Sequence record: SRR20825019_1453 | Direction: 5' to 3' (one strand) | Length of the DNA stretch: 64,000 nucleotides | Shown here: positions 51,801 to 60,034 of the stretch, piece after piece | How the letters are laid out: every line of letters starts with the position of its first letter | Position numbering within the stretch: the stretch's first letter is position 1 | Translations under genes and position numbers: made by a program | The notes under the pieces: generated by a model | Told to the model about the DNA's origin: nothing | The model's database searches: none | Seen by the model: the letters and a program-made list of their open reading frames with translations, nothing else

Positions 51801-54800
51801 AAGTGCTTTGGGTAAAACCATTGAAAGAAATGGCAGAACCGGGAGAAATGGTCGAATTCCTTATCGGAACAGCAGAAGAAAACGTTTCGGTGATGTACGA
51901 TTTTGTCGTAAAAAACAAAATAGTGGAAAGCAGAATTATCAAGCTATCGAAAGAGCAGAAAACGCTTTGTTTTAAAGTAAGCGAGGAGCATCGTGGAAAC
52001 GTTTCGTTGGAATTTTCTGTGGTGAAAAACAATCATCAGTTCAACCAATCACGCGTTATCTATGTCCCGCATTCAAATAAGCAATTGGACTTAGAATTTA
52101 CTTCTTTCAGAAATAAGTTACTGCCGGGACAACAAGAAGAATGGACAATCAAGATCAACAATAAAAAGGGCGAGAAGGAAAATGCAGAAATGCTAGCAAC
52201 ACTGTATGATGCGAGTTTAGACGCGCTTTATAGTCCAAATTCATTCTATCTAAATATTTACAATTCTTATTACGGAGTTGGCTCATGGGGAGCAGCTGAG
52301 GGCGCTAATTCAACATATGGATCTAATTATGATCGAAATTGGAATGCGTACCTCGAATTGCCCCAGAGAATATTCCCAAGTTTGAATTACCACAATTATT
52401 ATATCTATAGTTATTTCGGTTACAATACATACTATTTTTCATCTGCAAGTGGCGAACAAGAATACAGGTACGACGCAGATGGTGCAGGAGTTGGAGGTGT
52501 TTCAAATAATCAACAAAAATTCAAAACAGGGACGCTAGAAATGGCGGAATCCTATAATAATGCAATACCTCCTCCCCCAAGTACAATTGACGGAGTGTAT
52601 GTTTCTCAGCTCAAGTTAGATAAAGATGAGCTGTCGTCGATCGATGGTAAAAGTGCCAACAAATTTTCAGGAGTTCAGCCAAGAACTAATTTTAATGAAA
52701 CGGCGTTTTTCTTTCCTCAGTTGCATACAGACGCCGAGGGAACAATCAGCATCAAATTTACCATTCCAGAATCGTTGACTAAATGGCGTTTTACTGCGTT
52801 GGCGCATACGAAAGATTTGAAAATTGGAACCTTATCCAATGAGGTGATTACACAGAAGGATTTGATGGTAGTTCCAAATGTTCCACGATTCCTAAGAGAA
52901 GGTGATAACATGGAAATTTCTACGAAGATTTCGAATGTCTCAGAGAAAGACCTTGCTGGAAATGTTCAATTGGAATTGATTAACCCTGAAACTGATGAGG
53001 TAATTAGTACATCGTTCAATCTTACGAATGCTTCAAAATCTTTCGAAGCAAAAGCAGGAAGAAGTTCAGTTGTTAGCTGGAATATTGTTGTTCCCATGGG
53101 AATTTCGATTGTAAAATACCGCATTGTGGCTTCGGCAGGTAACTTCTCCGACGGTGAAGAAAATGTATTGCCTATTCTTTCCAATCGAATGCTCGTTACA
53201 GAATCTCTTCCAATGCCAATCCGAGGAAAAGGAACTACGAGCTTTTCATTCGATAAATTGAAAAATTCAGAGAAAAGTAAAAGTTTGGTCAATCACCAAT
53301 TCAGTATAGAGTTTACTTCGAATCCAGCATGGTACGCAATTCAAGCGATGCCATATATGATGGAATTTCCGCATGAGTGCGCGGAGCAAGTTTTTACGCG
53401 TTATTATTCAAATACAATCGCAACGCATATCATGAATTCGAATCCTAAAATTCGTGAGGTAATTGAGAAATGGGGAGCTGAATCTCCAGAGGCATTTTTA
53501 TCAAACTTGCAGAAAAATGAAGAGTTAAAATCGGTTTTATTGCAAGAAACACCTTGGGTACTTGACGCAAAAAGTGAAGAGCAATCGAAGAAGAATTTGT
53601 CGATTTTGTTGGACATGCACAGAATGGCAAAAGAGCAGAAAAAGGCACTTGCGAAAACAATCAAAAGTCAATCTCCAAACGGTGGTTGGCCTTGGTTTCC
53701 AGGGATGAAAGAAAATCGTTACATCAGTCAGCATATTTTGACGGGAATGGGACATTTGAATCATTTGGGAATGCTCGAAATTAAAGAAGACAGAGGGTTA
53801 GCTGAAATGATCGAACGAGGAGTTGCGTATCTCGACCAAGAAATAGTGCGTGATTTCAACAATGTGAAGAAATACGATCCAAACTACTTGAAGAATAAGC
53901 ACATTGGTTATAGTGAGATCCAATACTTGTATGCGCGTTCTTATTTCATGGATTTGGAGATGGATGAGCAAACTAAAGTGGCTGTTAATTATTACAAACA
54001 ACAGGCGAATAGTTATTGGAAAGATTTTTCAATCGCAGGAGAAGGAATGCTGGCACTTGCTGCACATCGTCTTGAAATGCCTGAACTTGCAACTAAAATT
54101 GTTAAGTCGCTTAAAGACCGTTCAATCACGCATAAGGAATTCGGAATGTACTGGAAAGAATACCAAGATGGATATTACTGGTATCAAGCGCCAATTGAAA
54201 CGCAAGCACTGATGATCGAATTATTTGACGAGGTTGCAAACGATGAAAAAGCGATTGAAGAATTGAAAATTTGGTTACTCAAGCAAAAACAAACTACCAA
54301 TTGGAAAACGACCAAGCAAACTACAGAAGCGGTATATGCTCTTTTATTAAGAGGGACTGATTTATTGGCTTCGGATGAGTTGGTAAGCGTGAAAGTGGGT
54401 GGACAAAACTTGGAGTATGTGGAAACGGAAGATGGAAATCCATACCACGTTGTTTCAGAAGCTGGAACGGGTTATTTCAAGACCGCATGGACCGCAAACG
54501 AAGTAAAACCATCTATGGGAGATGTTCAAGTAACAAAAACGACCGATGGCGTTGCTTGGGGAGCTGCTTATTGGCAATATTTTGAAGATTTGGACAAGAT
54601 TACATTCGCAGAAACAAATCTTAAATTGAATAAGAAACTCTATAAAGTTGTGATCACAACGGAAGGTGAGCAACTCCAGCTGATTGATAACGCGAATACA
54701 TTGAAAGTAGGCGATAAAGTGCGAGTTCGAATAGAACTGCGATCTGATCGAAACTTGGAGTATGTCCACATGAAGGATATGCGCGCTGCAGGATTTGAAC

Positions 54801-55036
54801 CAATCGATGTATTGTCGACTTATCATTACCAAGATGGATTAGGATACTATCAGGCAACGAAAGATGCTTCAACGAACTTCTTCTTCGATTATATTCCAAA
54901 AGGAACTTACGTGTTCGAATACGATCTCCGTGTTCAGCACAAGGGTGATTTCTCGAATGGAATTTCAACGATTCAGTGCATGTATGCACCTGAGTTTACT
55001 TCGCATTCTGAAGGAGTTCGGGTGGAGGTGAAGTAG
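48893..55036 (+). CDS. Bacterial alpha-2-macroglobulin family protein
   Basis: TDRKIYRPGQ, VEEYKRP, RTNFNETAFF, PESLTKW and PRFLREGD motifs; thioester CAEQ at 53378-53389; CMYAPE. Confidence 0.93.
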   Translation: MMVKWLSIIIILLTTGWAMSQNSRQEVLELYDFNKDWKTVDSLENEGLYRQALEKVNQIFDRACAEGQHPQIIKSTLFNLKYNSNLEEEDVVNSIIRLEKMIGDAPSPSKEILHSLTGEVLWSYYNQHRWKFEERTYVADANNTDIRTWDLKRIVERVIFHYTKSVANGSFLTQYNLADYTEILDEDFSPETFHSRPSIYHFLAYRAIDFYKSASFEIPGAAETKALDDPAFFGTSSEFLKLEISGYQDSLNPTFKALQIFQLLSKLHENEKSNQAKFSAELERVLFVNAKGVMSNKDDLYYAALVRIENENKQKDYSTEATYFRASYHAQLASNYSYMDDTTHQWEYVEALRLCDLAISTHKESFGARQCAFLKNGILAKSLSVRGVEAIAPKTPTTVFIEYRNTDKLYMKIVPFDHTRKLSGELLIQELEKADGIVSKTVELNLPNDHQVHSTEVLLEPLKSQFYYVVVCTDPSFNIEGTGFSYIPLWVSNITYQSRRTDDDQKILVSDRTSGAPIKGAEVSVWYTKYNYLTQSYTDKLLGKYKTDEKGLTSFKPTSDGNSYTVSVKANGEEYAPFSALYAYRYKHNQKKSEITTLFTDRKIYRPGQSIYFKGIIIEYDGDERTLVKNAKRTVQFLDNNSQEIGKLEVTSNDFGSFEGTFEAPVGVLTGHMRIRTETGSTYFNVEEYKRPKFSAEMLPIQGEFNFSDTIHAKGSAKAYAGNAIDGAEVSYRVTRTVSYPRYYYWCVWYGNFSEDEIISGTTITKEDGTFEINFPALPDVTILKERSPMFNYTIYADVTDINGETHSTSSVVTVGYKSLQLSNNIGEELSASDDFTLRVYTTNLSGESVKAKGKLTIEKLVSNNRVLYERFWQAPDLPLLSETDFKKQFPTIQFGNENDWHYWKSEKKVFSTEFNTDKTDSIFIEGLKKWSPGVYRYQATAIDKNGEEVLDEKYFVVYDAAAKVIPVSEVLWVKPLKEMAEPGEMVEFLIGTAEENVSVMYDFVVKNKIVESRIIKLSKEQKTLCFKVSEEHRGNVSLEFSVVKNNHQFNQSRVIYVPHSNKQLDLEFTSFRNKLLPGQQEEWTIKINNKKGEKENAEMLATLYDASLDALYSPNSFYLNIYNSYYGVGSWGAAEGANSTYGSNYDRNWNAYLELPQRIFPSLNYHNYYIYSYFGYNTYYFSSASGEQEYRYDADGAGVGGVSNNQQKFKTGTLEMAESYNNAIPPPPSTIDGVYVSQLKLDKDELSSIDGKSANKFSGVQPRTNFNETAFFFPQLHTDAEGTISIKFTIPESLTKWRFTALAHTKDLKIGTLSNEVITQKDLMVVPNVPRFLREGDNMEISTKISNVSEKDLAGNVQLELINPETDEVISTSFNLTNASKSFEAKAGRSSVVSWNIVVPMGISIVKYRIVASAGNFSDGEENVLPILSNRMLVTESLPMPIRGKGTTSFSFDKLKNSEKSKSLVNHQFSIEFTSNPAWYAIQAMPYMMEFPHECAEQVFTRYYSNTIATHIMNSNPKIREVIEKWGAESPEAFLSNLQKNEELKSVLLQETPWVLDAKSEEQSKKNLSILLDMHRMAKEQKKALAKTIKSQSPNGGWPWFPGMKENRYISQHILTGMGHLNHLGMLEIKEDRGLAEMIERGVAYLDQEIVRDFNNVKKYDPNYLKNKHIGYSEIQYLYARSYFMDLEMDEQTKVAVNYYKQQANSYWKDFSIAGEGMLALAAHRLEMPELATKIVKSLKDRSITHKEFGMYWKEYQDGYYWYQAPIETQALMIELFDEVANDEKAIEELKIWLLKQKQTTNWKTTKQTTEAVYALLLRGTDLLASDELVSVKVGGQNLEYVETEDGNPYHVVSEAGTGYFKTAWTANEVKPSMGDVQVTKTTDGVAWGAAYWQYFEDLDKITFAETNLKLNKKLYKVVITTEGEQLQLIDNANTLKVGDKVRVRIELRSDRNLEYVHMKDMRAAGFEPIDVLSTYHYQDGLGYYQATKDASTNFFFDYIPKGTYVFEYDLRVQHKGDFSNGISTIQCMYAPEFTSHSEGVRVEVK

Positions 55037-55038
55037 GA

Positions 55039-55223
55039 AACTCTGTCTTCGGCTCCGCTCATACGTCGTTGCTTCGGTTGGTGGTTAGTTTTCGTAACTC
55101 TGTCTTCGGCTCCGCTCAGACATCGTTTTGCTTCGGTTGGGGATTATTTTGCCCGCGAGCAAAGTACTTCGGCATTGAGTGAATAATTACGGCCACTGAA
55201 CGGAGCCGAAGTGCCGTAATTAT
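55039..55223. repeat. Cluster of REP-like elements between convergent genes
   Basis: Direct repeat AACTCTGTCTTCGGCTCCGCTCA...GCTTCGGTTGG at 55039 and 55096; an inverted copy CTGAACGGAGCCGAAG lies inside the stem ATAATTACGGC/GCCGTAATTAT (55183-55223). Confidence 0.85.
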
Positions 55224-55226
55224 GAA

Positions 55227-55763
55227 TTAAAACGTGTACCTCAACGAGAATGCGAGCCCATAACCGATGCCGTTGTCGCCACCAATAAATTCCCACATTG
55301 GTCGTACGTCTAATCCCATCTGAAGCGGTGCACCGATAGAGTTAAAGTCATACTCAATTCCAATTTGACCGCCAACAGCCAATGAAGGACCATTTTTATG
55401 ATAACCCTCATCGTATGATGAATAGAATCCTAATTGTCCACCAACACCAGCGAACCAGTTAAAACCACCTTCTATGTTCCAGACCCAGTGATATACACCA
55501 GTAATTGCTACTCTGGTCATACTATAATGGTTTCCATTGTATTTATGTTTGTGTTTCCAACCATGTCCATATCTGCGATACCTCCAACCGAGGTCTAATT
55601 CCAAACGATTCATATCGCCCATCCCATGTTGATAGGAAATTTCACCACCAGAACCGTAATTACCAAAAAGTCCACGAACTCCAATGGCATGTGGGTTAAC
55701 TTGAGCTTGACCGAAATGTGAGGCAGCAAGCATCATAAAAGCAAAAACGAAGCAATTTTTCAT
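55227..55763 (-). CDS. Small outer-membrane beta-barrel protein
   Basis: Signal peptide; AIGVR, RLELDLG, GIEYDF and LDVRP; C-terminal RYTF. Confidence 0.82.
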   Translation of the reverse strand: MKNCFVFAFMMLAASHFGQAQVNPHAIGVRGLFGNYGSGGEISYQHGMGDMNRLELDLGWRYRRYGHGWKHKHKYNGNHYSMTRVAITGVYHWVWNIEGGFNWFAGVGGQLGFYSSYDEGYHKNGPSLAVGGQIGIEYDFNSIGAPLQMGLDVRPMWEFIGGDNGIGYGLAFSLRYTF

Positions 55764-55783
55764 AACGCGTAAATAAGTTAAGT

Positions 55784-56665
55784 TTAAGAGATATGATTTA
55801 AATACATATTATAAACCATTCCATCGGCTAATCCAATTTTTGGAACGATTATTTCGTCGCATTTCAATGTTTTGAGGATGTAAAGGTAAATGTCCAATGC
55901 AGGGACAATAACATCCGCACGGTCTGGGCGAAGTTGATACCGGTGAATTCGTGCTGCGAATGACAAACTTGCGAGTTCATCTCTGAGTTCTTGAATTGCA
56001 CTGAATGCTATAGGCTCAAGATTTTTTGCTCCCAGAATTTTGTGGGTTTTATTAATGTTCCCTCCTGTCGCATAAATTTGATGTACTTCATTCAAATTGA
56101 CGTGCGTAGATAACCAATCATGAATTTCTGTCCAGATATTTTGATCAATTTTCTCCTTTAGTATTCTTAGAGTTCCAATCAGAAATGAACGCGAAGCAAC
56201 CCGTTCACCATTTTCAAAAACACTTACTTCCGTACTTCCTCCACCAACGTCAACAACGATATATGGGGTTGCTTCATCAATGTTTAAAAGTGCGAAGGTT
56301 GAGAAAATGAGTTCAGCTTCAGCATCTCCAGAAATAATTTCGATATCTACTCCCGTTGAGTCTAAAATCAACTGGCGGACCTCTTCTCCATTACTAGCTT
56401 CACGCATCGCGGATGTGGCACAGGCACGTAATTGCTTTACTTCAAAAATATCAGCAACAAGTTTAAATGCTTGCACTGTTTTTACAAAATCGATTGCTTT
56501 TTTAGGTCCAATTTCTCCAAGTTCGAAAACATTTTCACCCAGTCGCAAAGGCAAACGAGTATAGGAAATTTTCTGAACGAAAGATGAATTATCATCATTT
56601 TGAATGACCTCTCCCACGAGAAGTCGAGCGGCGTTTGTACCAATATCTATAGCTCCAAATTTCAT
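55784..56665 (-). CDS. ppx: Ppx/GppA family exopolyphosphatase
   Basis: AIDIGTNA, ATSAMREA, EA, DVGGGSTE, RADVI and GLADG motifs. Confidence 0.9.
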   Translation of the reverse strand: MKFGAIDIGTNAARLLVGEVIQNDDNSSFVQKISYTRLPLRLGENVFELGEIGPKKAIDFVKTVQAFKLVADIFEVKQLRACATSAMREASNGEEVRQLILDSTGVDIEIISGDAEAELIFSTFALLNIDEATPYIVVDVGGGSTEVSVFENGERVASRSFLIGTLRILKEKIDQNIWTEIHDWLSTHVNLNEVHQIYATGGNINKTHKILGAKNLEPIAFSAIQELRDELASLSFAARIHRYQLRPDRADVIVPALDIYLYILKTLKCDEIIVPKIGLADGMVYNMYLNHIS

Positions 56666-56778
56666 TGGTTTAAAGTTAGTAGATTTAAAGAACGTAGGAG
56701 TTGGGAGAGGAAGGAATTATTCACAGGAACTGAATAAAACGGATAATTTCTTACCTTGAAAAGGATATTTTGACTTTT

Positions 56779-57396
56779 ATGAGATTCTTTCAAGTGTTGT
56801 TGTTTTTTACGCTCATCTTTCCTCTGAGAAGTTTGGCTCAAAGCGATAGTTCTGTACATCTTCTTGAAATTGATTTTGAATATGGCTCTCGGCCGAAAAG
56901 AAGTTGTAAACCGAAAGAAACACACTATTTCGGTGGATTACACGGTGGACATGTCTCGGTTATTTTGGATGGGAAATCGTATGGTTTTATGCCTACGTCA
57001 TCGCCGGTTCATATTTTTCCAAAGAAAAAAAGGGCTTCCATTTTTACGTTTCAACATGAGAAAAAAGGGGATAGAGAGCAAACAGTTGGCGTGAAAACGT
57101 TGACGATAAAAATTCCGCTAACTGATGCTGAGTTCAGTCAGTTGGATTCAATTGTAAAGCATTATGTGGATTCAGTACCTTATGATTATGCCTTTTTTGG
57201 AATGCGCTGCGCCTCTTCTACTAGGGAAATAATCGGGCACATGGGAATTCTGAAACGCAGAAAAAACGCTAGCTATGTTTTGGGTAATTTCTATCCAAAG
57301 CGATTCCGAAAGAAAATGATTCGTTTAGCAAAAGAGAGAAAATATCAAACGGTCGCAACAAATGGTCGTGACTGCCGAAAATGGGAAAAAGATTAA
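56779..57396 (+). CDS. Secreted hypothetical protein, possible permuted papain-like (His...Cys) enzyme
   Basis: Signal peptide; GGHVSV and YDYAFFGMRCASS. Confidence 0.6.
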   Translation: MRFFQVLLFFTLIFPLRSLAQSDSSVHLLEIDFEYGSRPKRSCKPKETHYFGGLHGGHVSVILDGKSYGFMPTSSPVHIFPKKKRASIFTFQHEKKGDREQTVGVKTLTIKIPLTDAEFSQLDSIVKHYVDSVPYDYAFFGMRCASSTREIIGHMGILKRRKNASYVLGNFYPKRFRKKMIRLAKERKYQTVATNGRDCRKWEKD

Positions 57397-58707
57397 TTAT
57401 TTCTTTCTAAAGAAAATCTTAATTGGAACTCCCTGGAAGTTAAACTTCTCACGGAGTCTATTCTCAACAAATCGTTTGTAACCATCACCGATATACTGCG
57501 GAAGATTACAGAAGAAAGCAAATGCAGGCGCGTGTGTTGGCAACTGCTGAACGTATTTAATCTTAATGTATTTTCCTTTCAATGATGGAGGTGGAGTTGC
57601 CTGAACAATTTCCAACATCACATCATTCAACGTGGAAGTTGGGATTTTTTGAATTCTATTGTTGAACACTTCCATCGCCGTTTCCAAAGTCTTGTGGATT
57701 CTTTGCTTCGTGATCGTTGATGTAAAAATAATCGGAACGTCTTTGAAAGGCGCTAAATCTTCTCTGATTTGTTCTTCAAATTCCAGCATCGTTTTATGAT
57801 CTTTGTCGACCAAATCCCACTTGTTTACAACAACAACAACACCTTTTGAGTTCTTCTCGATCACATAGAAAATGTTCAAATCTTGCTTCTGAATCCCTTC
57901 TGTTGCGTCGATCATAAAAATACACACGTCGGAAGTTTCAATCGCTCTTACTGAACGCAGTACCGAATAGTACTCAATATCTTCCGTCACTTTCGCCTTC
58001 TTTCTAATTCCAGCTGTATCTACCAACATGAAATCAAATCCAAAAGCATTATATCGCGAGTTGATCGCATCTCTCGTTGTTCCAGAAACGTTGGTAACGA
58101 TGTTACGCTCTTTTCCCGTTAGCGCGTTGACTAACGAAGATTTTCCTACGTTTGGTTTTCCTACAACTGCGAAATGCGGTAGGGCATCTTCCTCGCGTTG
58201 TGAATCGAAATCTTTGTCAAATTCCTTCACCATATCGTCAAGCAATTCTCCTGTTCCACTTCCATTGGTAGCAGAAAGATCGTACACATCTCCTAGTCCA
58301 AGCGACCAAAATTCGGAGGACAAACCAACGCGATCATTACTGTCTACTTTATTCGCAACGATATAGACTTTCTTTTTCGCCTTGCGAAGCAATAAAGCAA
58401 CAACTTCATCTAAATCTACGATGCCCGTCATTACGTCCACCATAAAGATGATTGCATTTGCTTCATCAATCGCTAATTCTACTTGTTTTCGGATTTCTCC
58501 TTCGAAAATATCATCCGAACCTTTTACGTAACCACCTGTATCGATCACCGAAAACTCGATGCCGTTCCATTGACCGTGACCATAAATCCGATCGCGAGTA
58601 ACTCCGCTTACTTCTTTTACAATGGCTTGATTTGATTCTGTGAGTCGGTTAAAAAGGGTAGATTTTCCCACATTTGGGCGACCTACGATTGCGATAATAT
58701 TTCCCAT
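57397..58707 (-). CDS. der: Ribosome biogenesis GTPase Der (EngA)
   Basis: Two GTPase domains (GRPNVGKS/DTGG/NKVD and GKPNVGKS/DTAG/NKWD). Confidence 0.97.
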   Translation of the reverse strand: MGNIIAIVGRPNVGKSTLFNRLTESNQAIVKEVSGVTRDRIYGHGQWNGIEFSVIDTGGYVKGSDDIFEGEIRKQVELAIDEANAIIFMVDVMTGIVDLDEVVALLLRKAKKKVYIVANKVDSNDRVGLSSEFWSLGLGDVYDLSATNGSGTGELLDDMVKEFDKDFDSQREEDALPHFAVVGKPNVGKSSLVNALTGKERNIVTNVSGTTRDAINSRYNAFGFDFMLVDTAGIRKKAKVTEDIEYYSVLRSVRAIETSDVCIFMIDATEGIQKQDLNIFYVIEKNSKGVVVVVNKWDLVDKDHKTMLEFEEQIREDLAPFKDVPIIFTSTITKQRIHKTLETAMEVFNNRIQKIPTSTLNDVMLEIVQATPPPSLKGKYIKIKYVQQLPTHAPAFAFFCNLPQYIGDGYKRFVENRLREKFNFQGVPIKIFFRKK

Positions 58708-58745
58708 AATTTTTTAGATAATCCTACTAAGTGCGTTTGTGCGAC

Positions 58746-59621
58746 CTAGTATCCGTATTTTTTTAGTTTTTGTTCTGAACCTCTCCAGTCTTTATCCACT
58801 TTTACAAATGTTTCAAGGAACACTTTACTGTCGATGAATTTTTCAATTTCTATTCGTGCTTCTCTACCGATTCGTTTCAACATTTCACCACCTTGACCGA
58901 TCACAATTCCCTTTTGAGAATCTCGTTCAACGATGATCAAAGCACGAATTCGTGTGATGGTATCTTCCTCGAGGTATTCCTCAATTTCAACTTGACATGA
59001 ATAAGGAATTTCCTTTTGGCAATGGATGAAGATTTTTTCACGAATGATTTCCGATACAAAAAAGCGCATTGGTCGATCTGAAATCGCTTCTTTATCAAAG
59101 TAAGGCGGGTTTTCAGGAATTCCATGTAGAATTTCTTCCCAAACACCATCAACATTAAACTTATGCAAGGCCGAAACGGGAAAAACATTCGCATTTGGAA
59201 GTCTTTCTTGCCAGTATTCAACACGTTCTCTAATCGCTTCTTGATCTGAAAGATCCATTTTGTTTATCAAACACAACACTGGAACTTTTAATCGTTGAAT
59301 GCGCTCAAGTGTCGCCTGATGATTCATTTCGCTCTCTTTTGGATCGGTTACGAAAATCACCACGTCAGCATCTTTGATGGACATGTTCACGGAATTCATC
59401 ATGTTCTCATGCAGCTTGTACGCTGCGTTTACTACTCCAGGAGTATCTGAAAAAACGATTTGATAATCGTCATTGTTTACGATCCCAAGAATCCGATGTC
59501 TAGTCGTTTGTGCCTTTGAAGTAACGATGGATAATTTCTCTCCAACGAGGCAATTCATCAAGGTTGACTTCCCAACATTGGGACTTCCTACGATACTAAC
59601 AAAACCTGATTTATGCGCCAT
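58746..59621 (-). CDS. era: GTPase Era
   Basis: GSPNVGKS, QTTR, DTPG and NKMD motifs; KH domain VIGQGGEMLK. Confidence 0.97.
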   Translation of the reverse strand: MAHKSGFVSIVGSPNVGKSTLMNCLVGEKLSIVTSKAQTTRHRILGIVNNDDYQIVFSDTPGVVNAAYKLHENMMNSVNMSIKDADVVIFVTDPKESEMNHQATLERIQRLKVPVLCLINKMDLSDQEAIRERVEYWQERLPNANVFPVSALHKFNVDGVWEEILHGIPENPPYFDKEAISDRPMRFFVSEIIREKIFIHCQKEIPYSCQVEIEEYLEEDTITRIRALIIVERDSQKGIVIGQGGEMLKRIGREARIEIEKFIDSKVFLETFVKVDKDWRGSEQKLKKYGY

Positions 59622-59665
59622 TTCTGCTTAATTTAGTGCAAAGAAACGGATTTTTTAGCAGAGCG

Positions 59666-60034
59666 TTATCCTACTTTCTTTAAATACAGTCGTTCAGACC
59701 TATCAGATTTCTGTTTTGAGGGTGCCAAAATCATCTTTTTGCTGTTTATTTTGATGATCTCCATGGCATCTGCATCTCTACCAGGACGTACTTCGATATA
59801 GATAGTCTTGGTCGATTCGTCGTAAACGTATTTTGCTTTTTTAGAATTACCACTTTCTGAAAATTCCTTAATGACTAACGTTTCGTCTGTTCCAAAAGTC
59901 AACTGAATTTTAGGAATTTTTTTCGTTTTGCCTGTTATTTTATAAATCTCCCATGTTCCCACAATCTTTTCCTGGGTCGTTGCTGAAATTAAAATAAAAG
60001 CGAGAAAGAGGAAAATTAGCTGTCGTGTTCTCAT
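59666..60034 (-). CDS. Small secreted lipocalin-like hypothetical protein
   Basis: Signal peptide; IVGTW motif; beta-rich; ATGA overlap with the upstream stop. Confidence 0.65.
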   Translation of the reverse strand: MRTRQLIFLFLAFILISATTQEKIVGTWEIYKITGKTKKIPKIQLTFGTDETLVIKEFSESGNSKKAKYVYDESTKTIYIEVRPGRDADAMEIIKINSKKMILAPSKQKSDRSERLYLKKVG

